From the NCBI RefSeq assembly GCF_009834535.1, contig NC_045696.1, positions 108,998,001 through 109,062,000 of the forward strand: a DNA stretch of 64,000 nucleotides, read 5' to 3'. Under the pieces are notes generated by a model, which had not been told where the DNA came from, made no database searches, and saw only the letters and a program-made list of their open reading frames with translations. Both the position numbers and the translations under genes were made by a program. This DNA is from Camelus ferus (Eukaryota). Numbering within the stretch: the stretch's first letter is position 1; the number at the start of each line of letters is the position of its first letter. This document shows, piece after piece, positions 26,067-39,143 of the stretch.

Positions 26067-27552
26067 GTAGGCCCACTGGTGGGGCCACTGGCTCTAGGAC
26101 CCTGGTCCCAGAAGAGCATCATCTCTGGTCTTGACTTTATCACCAGAGTGTGTGGAGTAAGACTAAGGTGAAGGAGAGGGGCTCCCGGATGGTTGGGTAG
26201 AATAGCCAAAGACTAACCCAAGATGGGTAACTCACCATGTGCCAGCGGTCCCCATGAAGGGTGGGTGGGCAGGCATCCCACGTGGCCCTCTGCCCACAGC
26301 CAGAGTGGAAGCCCTTCACCCAGCAGCAGCCTTCCCTCCATCCTGCTCCACAGAGATGGGAACCCAGGGCAGAAGGTCGTCTCCAAAAGGAGGTTGGGGA
26401 TGAGTCACAGCTATTTGAGAAGTTATCACCACACTTTAAGAGGTTTCTTAAAGCACCTGAGCCAAGAAGGGTGGGCACCGCTCTCCCTGCTCTCTGCTCC
26501 CACCTGGGCGACCTCGGACACTGCTCTCAGCTCAGTCTCCAGGTTCTCCAGAGCCACCCCAGGGGACCTGGGCCTGTGCAGCTGCCCGCAGCTCTGCACG
26601 GGACAGCCTGGTAATCTGACCAGCTCAAGCCAAGCTGGCGGGTGGTTGCTAAGGGGATTCTGGCTGCTGCCCCTTGCATTCAGTGGAGGAGCCGGGTGGA
26701 GAGGTGGACTTCTAGCATTTTCTCTTTGACATAACAACCAGTGGGGCTCCCCTGACCTGCTGCCCCTGGGCTTTCCCCTTGACCTCCCAGAGCAGCAGTT
26801 AGGGATGCAGCTTAGCGGATGGACTCCCCTGACACAGGTAGGGCGTCTGGCCATAGGCCCTGAGGGGCCGCCTCCTCCACCTGAACCCCAGCAGCTCAGC
26901 CTGGGCTTCCAGGGAGCAGCGGGGTGGGAAACAGAACATTTGTTGGACTTTGCTGCCCCCACCCTCACCCTCACACGCTCACTCATACACTCACTCACAT
27001 ACACCTCCTGCCCCCATGCCCTCAAAGGCCACAGTGATTCCTGCCTCAGGGCCTCCCCGCCAACCTTAGGCTCTCTTATTAGCAGAGTGATGGGCTATGG
27101 GGGAGACAAGCTCTCACGACAGCTCAGTACACCCCCTGCGGGTCAGGGTGAGGCCTTGGCCTTGGGGGCCCCAGCAAGGACGGGTGAGCAGCCTCACTGC
27201 AGCTGGAACTGGAGGAGGGGACAAGCGGCCGGAGCCGCCACCCCCAGTGCCATCTTAGTCCCTTCCCCTCCCAGCCCCTCCTTGGAAGCCTCGGGAGCCA
27301 AAGCCTCGCTCTTCCTCTCACCACCCACACAAAGAGGTGGCATTTCCAGATCTTGCCCAGCCTGAGGCCCTGGTTCCATTCAGCCCACAGTGGTTTCTCC
27401 CCCGCCTGAGGGAGGCCGACCCAAATGGTGCAATGCTGGAGCCACAGCGGAGGGCGGGGGTGGTACCACAGGCAGGGGACCCCCTCTCCTCTGCACCAGC
27501 CCGGTCGTCTCCCAGGACCTGGTTCCTCACGGTCCCCTCCTCTGCCCTCCAG

Positions 27553-27670
27553 AGTATGACATCGAGGCTGCCCAGGAGAAGGACCGCCAAGCCTTCAAAC
27601 CCACCACCATCCTGCAGACCCAGAAGACCAACTGTGATGGCTATGCTGGGCTCTTCGAGAAAATGTGCAG
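27553..27670 (+). CDS. KY: KY coding exon (exon 8 equivalent), 118 bp, with the triad Cys (TGT 27633-27635): YDIEAAQEKDRQAFKPTTILQTQKTNCDGYAGLFEKMC(R)
   Basis: ctccag acceptor and gtacgg donor; carries the NCDGYA motif. Confidence 0.97.
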
Positions 27671-30600
27671 GTACGGAGGGGTCCCGGGCTGACCACCCTG
27701 ACCCAGCCTCTCCCCAGGCCAAGCACCATGCGCCTTCACGCACAGACAGGGCCCAGAACCTGAGTTTGCAAACTCTGCTCCGAATCCAAGTGAGTCCTGA
27801 AAAGGTCAATTTCTCCCTTTTTAACACCAGCATAATTGACTTTGTACCATCTGCTGGGCTTCGTGATGCATTAACATAATGGCAGATGAATGCACAGAGA
27901 TAATTTGGTTATAAAAGGCCCTTTTTCCACCTTCTCCCATCTCTGTGCAGCTGAAGGTTAGAAGAATGGCAGATCTGGGAATGTGAGGACAGTGGCTGCT
28001 GACGCCAAGAGGACTGTGAAAGGCTGTCCTCGGGGCTGGCACAGGGGCCCTCTCTGGGGAAACAAAAGATCTCCTCCCTGAAAAGATTTGTCAGCTGGAA
28101 AAGCTGAATAACGAGGAAGCAGCTCCTCTCTTGGCGCCTGTGGGCTCCGTTTCCACTGCCCTGGGAGCGAGCACCTGGCCGGGTGGCCCGGGAGGTGGGG
28201 TGAGAGCAGGCGAGTGGCTGGTAAGTGGTTTGTGTTTGGAGACTCACGGCTGGTTCGACGCTGTGACTCAAGGCTGGGGGGCCCTGCTGACCCTCACAGC
28301 CTCCTGTGCCCACTGGGGTCTACTGTGATCCCCGGGAAACAGTCAGCCCTGGGGGCCACCGAAAAGCCCCTTCCCAGGGGTGTGGACAGACTGTGTACTC
28401 TGTCCTGCAGGCTTCTGGGAGTGGGTCTTCTCAGGCCCCCAGGTATCAGCTGGCCAGGACCGCAGAGGGTAATTATCAAACCAAGAGTAGCAGCAAACAC
28501 TTAAGGGTCCACAGTCGGGCCGTTGTGATGTGTCAGTGTGGTGCAGTGGTCATGTGCCGTCTTGCTCCTGGGGCACACGCAACCCATTCCTGGCCTGACT
28601 CCCAGTTGTCCGGCCTCCCCCTGCCCCGATCACCACCGCTGAGTGCAGGCACATGTTGCTCCAACTCTCCTGCTTGCTCTATGCTCTTCCCTTCCCCCAC
28701 CTCCAAGGCCCACCCCTGAGACCATAGGCCCAGAGGGGATCAGGGCAGGTCAGGCTGCAGAGGATGCCAACTCCTCTGCAACCCATCTCCCTGCCCCCCA
28801 CATCCTCACCCCACCCCAGGCCCTGGCACCCCAACTCTCCAGGAACCAGGATGCTCACCGACCCCCTGCCCAGGCTCCACAGGCCCTACAGTCCTTGAAC
28901 AAGAGTAAAGACTCACACTGTTCCATAAAGTCATCCCAAACCCGGCCTCACCCCGCCTTCCAGCCCTGTGCATTCCAGCAGTTCCCACACTCCAGCTGGA
29001 CAAGCTCAGTGTGCTCCCCTCTCTCTAATACTCTCCCAGGCCCCACTGCAGGACCGCCCACCTGCTCGCCCTCTCTTGATGCCATCAGCACACCTATACA
29101 CCCGCTCAGGTCTTGTGCTTTTATTTAATCACTTTTCTAAATTAAAAAAAAACAAACAAACACTTAACTGTAGATGATTTCTAAAGTGCACAGAAACAAA
29201 AAGAAGAAAATTGTACCCTGAATCCTACTACTTAGAGATGACACTTACCACTTTGTCATATTCTTTTCTGGACTTTGTTCTATCATGTAGGTGTTACCTG
29301 TGCTCATTTCCCCTTGTAGGTCTTACAGGTCTGTTAGGTCTTTTACGTCTTCGTCCCTGCCTTCCTGCTTCCCCTGTGAATATCCATCTCAGAATCCTAC
29401 ACACAGTAGGCCCTCAGTGCCAGGAAATGACAAGATATTCCTCGCAGACTTGTATGAAATCGACCTTACTCTCTTTTTAGATGAAGAAATAACCCTCAAT
29501 CTGCTTTCAGTTCCATTTGTGCCTAGCATTTTTCAGAATGTAATTATTTTCATCTTAATTTGCAAATTGGAAAACCCTCGGGGTTTTAAGTCATAGAATA
29601 GATCCTTCTTTATCCAATAGAAGCCTTCTTAGCATGGTCTGAGAGTATCAGATTTAAGCCAGGAAGACTCAGTTCATTTACCAGTCCTTGATTTCCAGTC
29701 CCTAATTCACCACATATTAGTTTTATTCCTTTTGGAAGGCACCTAGCCTCTCAGAGCCTCAGTTTTCTCATCTGCACCCTGGGAACTCTGTTTCCCACCA
29801 GCAGGACTACAGCCCTAAACGAGAACATGCAGCTTGGAGTTTGCTAACCTGGAGGTTGTTGGGGTTTTTTTAAACTCTCCTGCCTTGTCAGAGTATGGGA
29901 ACGTTTTTGCTGTGTAGAACTTTCCTGCAGACCCACATAGACTCACGTAGGCTCAGAAAACTGACATTTGCCTTGAGTGGAACTGTCAGCTCTCTGGCCT
30001 AGTCCAGAGGCTGAACTACAGCCAGATTCTGGCCCACAGCTGATCATTAAAACACATCCCAACGTTTTGCATCATTTAAAGTTAGGTTCCAGCCTGGCAG
30101 TTACCATGTGAAATGCTCTCCGCATTGCCTGGGACATTTAACCACACAATAGCTCACAGTTTCTCTGAATTCCTTTAACTTTGGCTTTAAAGATCAGTAA
30201 CCTTGTCCACGCATCTTTCCTAATTTCCCTTCTCTTTAAAATTACGGCTGAAGGTTTGGTAAATTCATTAGCGGATTCCTTAGTAACCGAGGACGTGTAA
30301 TCCACACTTGCTGATTTATCCCTGCTTAGTTGTCAGGGTGGCCTCTTAGCAAGAGTTGTACCGATGCGGCCACCATTACTTCTGCCTGTCCCTGCCACCT
30401 GCCTGCAAGGGCCTCATTAAAGACTGATTTAATAAAGTAATTTGGTGGGGAATTCAGATATTTTTGCAATATCATTCATTCATCGTCTTTCCCGAGTAAC
30501 CAACGTGCATTTATTTTTTGGTAGCGCTACTGCTTGTAAATGCTGGTCCAGTTTCTTCCCGACCTTCCGTGGTCCAGTATTAATGTCTCTCCTTTTGCTT

Positions 30601-33600
30601 CCGTTCCCCACTGGCCTTGATGAATTCTGCTTACTTTCCTTGCAGGGGCAAAACTTAATTCCCCCGAATCCTGCCACTGAGTCAGCCTCTGTGATAATTC
30701 CTTTCTCTGTTATCACGGCTCTAGCACCACCAGCTAGCAGACTTCCCAGGGACTTTTGATAAAGCTGGGAGCTTATTACCAGTCTGAAGCTTTGATGCTG
30801 CAGAGACTGGTTGTCACCCATCAGATGTCAGTCTGTTTTCCATGCATCCTCCAGCTGTCACAATAGCGTGCGCAGCTCAGCATCATGTCCCAGACAATCC
30901 CAGAGCATCACTTGGTTCCTGAGGCCCCCAAAGGCTGGGAAGAGGCAGATGAAAAACCCTTAGCTCTGTCATAGAGGGCCACTGAAAGGGGCATCTGAAC
31001 TCCCCCACCTTTATAGATACCCCAAAGGATGGTGCTCACAAAGGTGAATTACATCACTCTAGCAAACCAGCCTTAAACTTCACTCCGTATACCACCCAAA
31101 AGTTTATAGATGAAAAAAAAAACCCTCAGTGTACAAAAGAGCTGGTGCAATATGAGGCCTCCTGAGCATCAGGACAAATGAGCCCTGGTGCTGCTTTGGC
31201 CCCTGGCTGGCTGTGTGTCCCCAGGCAAGTCAGTCTCCCTCTCTGAACTGTGGATTTCTCATTTGTCAGAGAGGAGGCCCCTGAACTCAACCTCAGGGCT
31301 TTGGAGTGAGAATTATTACCTTGATTATAGTTACTGACCTGGACATAGGGTGGTATAAAAAAAAGGGAAAGGGGGCCATAGAGCAGAAATACAAAGACAC
31401 CGTCAAATTTACAAGAAATCAACTACATAAATTGTGAAATGTAAGTCATGGTTATGTCTGTCCTGCTGCAGTGTAGAAAACACAATTTTTTTTTTCTGTT
31501 CAGAATTTACTTTTATTGTAATAACATTAACCTTCTTGAGGATGAATGATTTCGGAACAGCAAGGCCCTAAAAATTCTAATTCACATATGTTTGCCCAGT
31601 TAAACTGACCATTGGGCTTAAAGTTAATAAAACCATGTCTCCTAATTTTACTATTAGAAATTACAATATTCTCATCAAGATACGGAAGAAGGGCAAGCTT
31701 CACTGCCTCTCCTACGGCTATGATCCCTGCCTCCCTCCGTCTTTTTCCACGTGGCTCAGCCATCCTGCGAGAAGTGTTCAGAGTGGAGGAAGTCCACTGT
31801 GTTCAGGGGCTGTTGTGTGCAGGGTGCACCGCCCACTGCAGGCAGCTCAGCCCTGCTGCTGCTGGGGCCGGACCATCTCTGTATAAAATGACAGTCACAG
31901 TCTGAATCCATCACCTCCTCCATTATTTCCACATTGGAAACCCCACTGGCGCTGGGATTTCCAAACTGTCAGAAGTGAAAACCAAGATTCTGTAGCCTGA
32001 GGTTACTAGGTGCATCTACATGGGTGATGTCTCGGCTCTAGGATGGCTGGTCAAAGCTCTCTCAGAGGAGGATGTATTTCTCGTCCTCTGCCCTTTCTTC
32101 AGTGCTCCCCCAGATCTTTCCAGCAAATTCCTCCTCCTTGGGGCTCTCTAAAAGGGCTATGCTTATCACTAGCATTTTAGTGGCTTTTCTTGTATCTGCC
32201 CCCCTTCCAACTACGAGCATGTCTACGGTGGCCAGTGAGCTTTACTTTTAGTATACTGTATTTTATTATGTTATAGTCCGTAGTATATTCTGAAAGGATA
32301 AATGGGGTCTTATTCCCTGGCACCTGGTATAGCGCTTTGCCTGGAGTGTGTAGAGTCGGTGATCTTTCGATGACATGAAATGGTGGAGGTTCATCCTGAC
32401 TAGCGACCAGCAGCTGGAATGACTAGTTCTACACTTCTGCATGAGCGCTGTGGATTATTAACAATCATGCATTGCATTATGACTTCTTTGTCCAATTCAT
32501 CTTGCACATGGCTGCCAGGTAACAAAATAGCCTCATCTCATAGTCAAGCGTGGCAGATGCTTACAGCTGAGGGTTTTTTTTCATCTTTGTTCTGCCCCAG
32601 GCCTTCCCCATGGCCCTCTCAGCTTCTCCCCAGCCTGTCAGAGGAGAATCACCCTCTAGAGACCACTTAATGCCAACCTTTCGTTTTGTCCTGTGGAGAG
32701 CCTGGCAAAGTCACCCTGGAGCAAGCCCTCCTCTGCCAGCTCAGCCCGGTCCCCGCCCCCTCCAGCTGGGAGCCCTTGGGGAGGACATCCAGCTACTCAC
32801 TTCTCCCTCCTCCAGCCCTTTCTAGGCTTGGGGCAGGGTTCTTACTCCTGCCCCCCTGCCATTTGGTGCTCAGACCATACCTTCACTTCACCTCCTGGGT
32901 GGGAGGATACCCCAGCCTGAGGACATGGCTTCTCCCAGGAGGACACCCAGGCAGAGCTTGAGCCGGCTGTCTGCCCACATCAGCACCCACTCCATTTTTA
33001 TCACAGCACCTGGAGGCTGCGTGGGCACTCAGCGCTTCTTCCTTCCTTCCTTCACTCCAGGTGGCTCAGAGCGGAGGACGAGCCACTGTGGGCAGCGTGT
33101 CCCGAGGCCCACAGCTCCCCTCCCTTTCCTGCAGAGCAGCCCCTTCTCCAAATACTGCTGTTCCCAGTCCTCCCTGTACCCTCCCCATCATCCTAGAAAT
33201 TCACATGCCCTGTCGTTCTGGGCAAGAAAGGAAAATAACTCAGCAGAGAATGTCATTTTCAGGTAGTTTTTACGGATTCTTTCCAATTAGAGAAGTAACC
33301 CATAATCGTTATTGAAAACTGTAAAAATAAAGAGAAGCGTAAAGAAGAATATTAAAATCGCCCCTAATCCCATTACGAAGAGACCAATCTGTCTCCCGTC
33401 TTCCATGTTGCGCACGCACACACGCACAGAGGCATTGTGCTGATGGTGGAGTTTTACAGGCTCTTGTCAGTTCACAGCGTGTCAGGAGCATCTCTGACCT
33501 CACTAAATATTTTTCACAACATTCCTTCTCCTCACCCACTCTCTTGAGTATGTAGAGCCCTACCTCCAATGGAGGTACCTCCTGTACCTCTGTCCAATGC

Positions 33601-35604
33601 CTCTGGGACGCATGTGACCCTCCCCTCTCTGCTGGCTGTTTCCTCTAAGACTCTACATTCATTCGGATTGCCCATCCTGAGAACAAACCCTTGGGCCTCA
33701 CATCTGGTTGCAGCTAAATGACGAGGGGGCTTTCCAGGAGTTCTTGCTGCACTCTCTTTCCTCTCCTGGGCTCCTGGGCTCCTGGACCCACTGCCTCTGG
33801 GTCCCCATTCTGCTTGGGGAGCTGGTAGTCTTTACCAGCAGAACATTCTGACATCCAGATCTAGTTTGTCTTGCTCTCTGCCCTGGTCTCCCAGGTGCTC
33901 CCGAAATCTTCCCATAGGGCCCAGCTGGTCTGTTCTTGTGGGATTTCTTAGACAGCCTGGGAGACCTGGATCTCCTTTTGTGAAGATGCAGGCAGAAACA
34001 GGTGGGGGCTGCAAAACTTCCCAGCCCAGGAGCCCCCCGCAGAGCAGGCCTGCCCCCTGCAGGAGAGAGCGGTTCCCTGGGGATGTGCGCAGCCCCCAGG
34101 GCAGGGTGGAGTCTGGTAACTACACCTTTGGCCTCACCAACTCTCTCTACAAATGATATGTACATAGAGATACATACTATTTAATCCAATATTCTGCTAA
34201 TTGTTAATTCAAGTTCATTTTTATAGGGAAAATTTCCCCATTCTTATCCTGAATGCATGCCCATTTCACCCCATTACCCTGAGGCTCCGTGGCCTCTCGT
34301 TTAGAAAAACTGAGGCTCAGATCTGGTCGCTGGAAAGACCCTGGCTGCCCGGGGGCCACTTCCCTGAGATGAGCCCTGCCTACACCCCGGAGCGCACACC
34401 CGGTTCGTGTGAGGGGACGGTAGAGTCAGCAGACAGCTGTGCTGAGCCCCGTCCGCAGGGGCCACTGCAGACATCCTGGCTACCACGGGTTTGGGTGTTG
34501 ATTATACCAGCATTCCCGGTGAAAGGAAGGGGTCTCAAAGAAGGAGCACCTTGTTCTGACTCACACACTGGCCCCAGAAGTGTCCGCACAGGGCATCTCC
34601 TGGGTTAGAAGAGCAGCCCACCCCTCAGATGCCATGTGGGGGCCGCCTGGCCGTGGCAGGGCTCTCAGGACACTGGCTGTGGCTGCAGGGCGGTGCCCAC
34701 AGCCTAGGTCTGGGCTTCAGGGTTTCAGCTACAAATGCCCAGATTGTAGCTTGCCCATGGGGTCCCCAGAAGTGACCAGCACCCATCCCCTGCTGTCCAG
34801 GCCTTAGAAAGTCATCCCAGACTGGTTGTGAGTGGTTGGGGAATGCTCTCAAGGGGGCCTTGATAAAAGCTCAGGCCGACTGGTCAGCATTTCCACTCCC
34901 AGAGTGACAACTACAAGGGACTCTTAAACCGTGGCCACAGCAATCGGTCAGCAAATGGCCTTACTGCTCTGTTGTGGCCCTGGCAGTCAGACCTGAACCA
35001 TCCTGGCAGTGGGCCAGTCATCCCCGGGTCACAGGGGACTCCCACTGGCCTGGCCCAAAGGTCCCCACACAGCTGTCCATGGTCAAGGCGTGGCAGGGGA
35101 GTGGGCTCACCCTCCGGTCCAGCACCCCTCGCTGATGCCCCACCCGTGTCATCTAGACCCAGCTCCTCAGTCGCGCCTCCAGATCCTCTCTGGTTCTTCA
35201 AGAACATCATCATCCCCCAGGTTTCCACGGTCCCCCGGTGGTCCTCGCTGTCGCACCGTGTCCTCCTGCAGGCTGCTGGCGGAGCAGTCAGGCAGGCTCT
35301 GGGGAGAGACATTCCCAAGTGGTTTGTACAGTCTGGAGGGAGGAGCAGACAGCGGAAACTGCAGCTGGTCTGTTCCAGTGGGAGCAGCCAACCCTGTGCC
35401 CACCCCCCTTGTCCCCAGGTCCTGCATATAAAAGCCCTCAGGCTGTATGACTGTGCAAGAGGCAGGAAAAAGGAGAGACAGGGAGGGACTGATGGACAGC
35501 AGAGTGCCTGAGGCCTGGGGCCGCAGACAGGCTTGGGGGAGGAGGGGATCCAGCCTCCCCACCCACAGAAGGAGCGACCTCTCAGACCCCCGTCCCGCCC
35601 CCAG

Positions 35605-35793
35605 GATCGCCGGTGTGCAGTGCATGACCGTGCCTGGCTACTCCAAGGGCTTTGGCTACCAGCCGGGGCAGAGCTTCTCTGGAGAGTTTGACCATGCCTG
35701 GAACGCCGTGTACCTGGAGGGGCGATGGCACCTGGTGGACAGCACCTGGGGCAGCGGCCTGGTGGATTCCACCACCTCCAAATTCACCTTCCT
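35605..35793 (+). CDS. KY: KY coding exon (exon 9 equivalent), 189 bp, with the triad His (35693-35695) and Asp (35738-35740): IAGVQCMTVPGYSKGFG...DHAWNAVYLEGRWHLVDSTWGSG...FTF(L)
   Basis: ccccag acceptor and gtaagt donor; HAWN...W...D.TW transglutaminase-like core motif. Confidence 0.98.
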
Positions 35794-37119
35794 GTAAGTG
35801 CCAGCCTTGGTTCTGCGGGGTGTCTGGTCGGTGGAAGGAGGCAGCAGGGGGAGAAGGCCAGCAGGGGAGGAGAGCAGGGGGGCCTCCGTCTGCTGCTGGC
35901 CACTCCCACCCTTCCTCGGGCTTGGGAGTGAGCTAGCTCCAGGCCGACTGTAAGGGCCTTGATCTTTCTGTCACCTCGCTGTCCAATGACTAAATCCGCC
36001 CCCTGGCTCCTGGGCACTCTCCCCACCCAAGTACTAAAAGACAGTGTCTGCCTACACACGGGCCACATGCACAGAAAGGCAGGCCTGAGAAGCTTCTTTA
36101 AGTGTCTGTAGGTTCCCTCAGGCCTTTGGCCATTGACTGTGTTCCATCCACAGATGCCAGAATTCTCTTCCACTGTTTCTCCCGGACACTGGATTCCTTT
36201 CCCTCCTCTCTGGGCTGAATCAGCCACACCCCATCTCTGAGGAAGGGGCTCTGGTTTGTGGGAAGGGGCACTATGCTGTGCCGGGTCACCGTGGCCACCA
36301 TGGGGCAGGGAGGCTGGGGTGCCGGGGCTGGAGTGTGCAGGTCTGGCCTCCGAGATGCCGGCCTTATCTTGAGGCCATGACGTTCCCACTGGGTCTTGAT
36401 GTACATCAGCAGCTCAGGTGGCTTTTCATCCGGAAGATGAGGGCGCTGCCTCAGTTGTGCAGTTTAACCTGACGGTCCTTCCCACAGGGCAGATACAAGC
36501 ACATGCACTCGGCCCATCCACACAGGGCGCGTCCAGTCACAGCCCTCCTCCGCTCTGTCAGCTCTGAGCACTGCTCGCCTTGGGCCTCGAGGAGGCTCCC
36601 CCATTCCAGCTGAGTTCCCTGTTCTTCCGCTGATCCCCATCACTGACCTCCAGAGAGCCGCTTCCAGGGACTGCGTCAGGGCCTCCTCCCTGCACAGTGG
36701 TGCACCCCGGGCTGCGTGCAGAGCTGGTGCGCCCGGCCTTCCCTCCCTGCTGTCCCTCCATGTCACTAGCACCTAGTCCGTGGGGCATGGATTTGCTCGA
36801 ATCTCTTTGGTTTTGAGAGCAAGGGGAGCCCACTCTCCACCTGGACTGCGCCACCTGGGCTGTGACCTTCTCGTAAAATGGGCCTCAGATCCGGCCTTGC
36901 CTCCTGTTTCTGGAAGCAGCCACTGAGGGGGCATCTGCAGTGCCGGTGTTAGGGCTGCAGATGGTGCCTCTTCCCATCAGGTTGTGGGTGGGACCCTACT
37001 GTGGATGTGTTAGCTGAAAAAGTAGGCCCCAAAGACCCCCTGTGAACCCCACCTGCTCCTCTGCACGGCTGAGCCCCCCACCCACCCACACGGGTACTGA
37101 CCAGCTCTTCCCCCTCCAG

Positions 37120-37310
37120 CTACAACGAATTCTACTTCCTCACGCACCCTGCGCTGTTCATCGAGGACCATTTCCCAGACAACAAGAACTGGCAGCTGCT
37201 AAAGCCTCCACAGTCCCTGAGGCAGTTTGAGAACAACATGTATCACAAGAGCGAATTCTACAACAAGGGGATGCTCAGCGCCCACCCGGAGACCTCCACC
37301 ATCAAAACAG
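37120..37310 (+). CDS. KY: KY coding exon (exon 10 equivalent), 191 bp: YNEFYFLTHPALFIEDHFPDNKNWQLLKPPQSLRQFENNMYHKSEFYNKGMLSAHPETSTIKT(V)
   Basis: cctccag acceptor and gtaacc donor; frame continuous with the previous exon. Confidence 0.97.
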
Positions 37311-38995
37311 GTAACCGGAGCTGGCCCAGCCGGGCCAGGAGCTCTTCCTGCAGCCTCTGAGGTCCGCGCTCCCCGCCCAGCAGGTCAGGGAGCCAGGGCT
37401 GGTGGTCCCGAGCGGGGTGCGTCTCCCTCAGCTGACTCAGCAGGGAGAGGACTGGCTACACACTCCTCCCAGCTCAGGTGCCTGACAGATGCTCCCGAAC
37501 GCCTGGCAGAGAGTATGTGTTGGCCCCGCAGAGCTGGGATCTGTGTGTCAGTGGCCTAACCCGCTGGTGGGGGAGCAGCGGGGGTCTCCCAGGACAGAGT
37601 GCTAGGGGGGTGCTACATTAGGGAGGTGGCCGCTGAGCTAGGTGTTGGGAGCTGAAGGAGAATGAGCATCACAGGACAGGAAGGATGCAGCCACCCTTCG
37701 ACATCTGAGCTCAGGCAGCCCAGTCGAGGGCCGGGCTCCAGGGGCATAGCCTGGCCTCTCACAGCCTTGTCTCCCCGGCCTGGTGCTACTGGTTCTGCCC
37801 GCTACTCTGCCTCCTTCCCTCTTGAGGCAGGACCAGCCTCTTCCAGCCGATTGCCCTGGGGCTGGGCAGTGCAGGACCGGGACTGGGCTGTCCCCAGGGC
37901 TGGCTTGGACTGACATTTGCTCCCCACCTCCCCCATCAGGCAGCCAGCTGGGTGTGTTTGTGAACCCCAGGGTACATGGCAGGCCGGGCTTGGGGGGCCA
38001 GGACCGCAGCTCAGGGCTTAGCACAGCCGGGTCAGTGCGCCCCCATACTTTCTGCAAGCACTGCCCATGGGCCCCGTCTCTGCACCTGGGGGCCTGTGTG
38101 CTCCCAAGAGGGAAGCCGTGAGCTCACCCAGTGTTAGCACAGTGGGGTCCTTGGGGCAGACTGCGGGTGATCCCCAGGCTATGCTGCAGGGAAATGGGGA
38201 CACGAGGAGCACAGGCACCCCCCACATTGGTCCCAGCTGCCTAGTCCCTTCCACCTCACAATGGCCTCCTTAACCAGGCTGCTGAGCTCTGGAATACTTT
38301 TGAAAACCACAAACACCTGGCAGCTCCTGCTGCGAAAATAACAGCATGAGGCTGCCGTCCTGAGAATAGGGCAGCTGCACGGATGTCAGGTCGGGGGCCG
38401 GCTCTGTCCGTCGTGGGCCACGGGGCCACAGGGAGGAGTGGGCCAGGCCACACCACTGTCAACACAATGCCACCAAGGAGTTTGCCTTTTCAAGAGACAT
38501 AGACATGTTAACGCTGGCTTTCTCAATATATAGTAATCTAAAATTTGATTGCATATTCATGAAGCATATTTAAAGACTATGTCTTTGCTGGAGCTCATTT
38601 TGTTAAGAGTGGAGATGGGAAGAAAGCAGAGAGGGAAACTGAGGGGGGCAAAAGGCCGGGAGGGGAGAGCAGGAGAGGGAGAAGGAGGGACGAGGGAAGG
38701 AAGAGATCACAGGCTCCTACAGGGTCCCTGGGGGTCTCCAATCCTTTACTTCAGGTCTTCCCAGCTGTTCAACTCACCTTTGCCAAGAACCCCCTGGGCC
38801 AGGGGCCCTGGCCAGGCCTGGCATGCGGCAGGAAAGGAGGCGGATGGGCCTTCCCCACGTGCCCACGCCAGCAGAGAGGACAGACATTACACAGAACACA
38901 GACATTACACAGTGGTGCTAAGTTCCCTGAAGGAGCCTCGGGCGAGGAGAGGGGCTTCCCGGCAGCTCAGCCTAACCCCAGGGCATCAGGAAAGC

Positions 38996-39143
38996 TTTTG
39001 TTTTTTTGTTTTGCTTTTTGTGGGGGGAGGTAATTAGGTTTATTTATTTATTTATTTACTTACTTATTTTTTATTGGAGGTGCTGAACCCAGGACCTCGT
39101 GCATACTAAGCACACGCTCTACCACTGAGCTATACCTCCCCCC
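38996..39143 (-). mobile_element. Camelid tRNA-derived SINE (Vic-1-like)
   Basis: The reverse complement reads gggggaggtatagctcagtggtagagcgtgtgcttagtatgcacgaggtcctgggttca..., then an (AAAT)n tail and cctaattacctcccc. TSD caggaaagc at 38987-38995 and 39144-39152. Confidence 0.9.

Noticed and set aside
35427..35434. TATAAAAG upstream of KY exon 9 as an internal promoter
   Set aside because: It is a single short motif expected by chance, and nothing else supports a start site.
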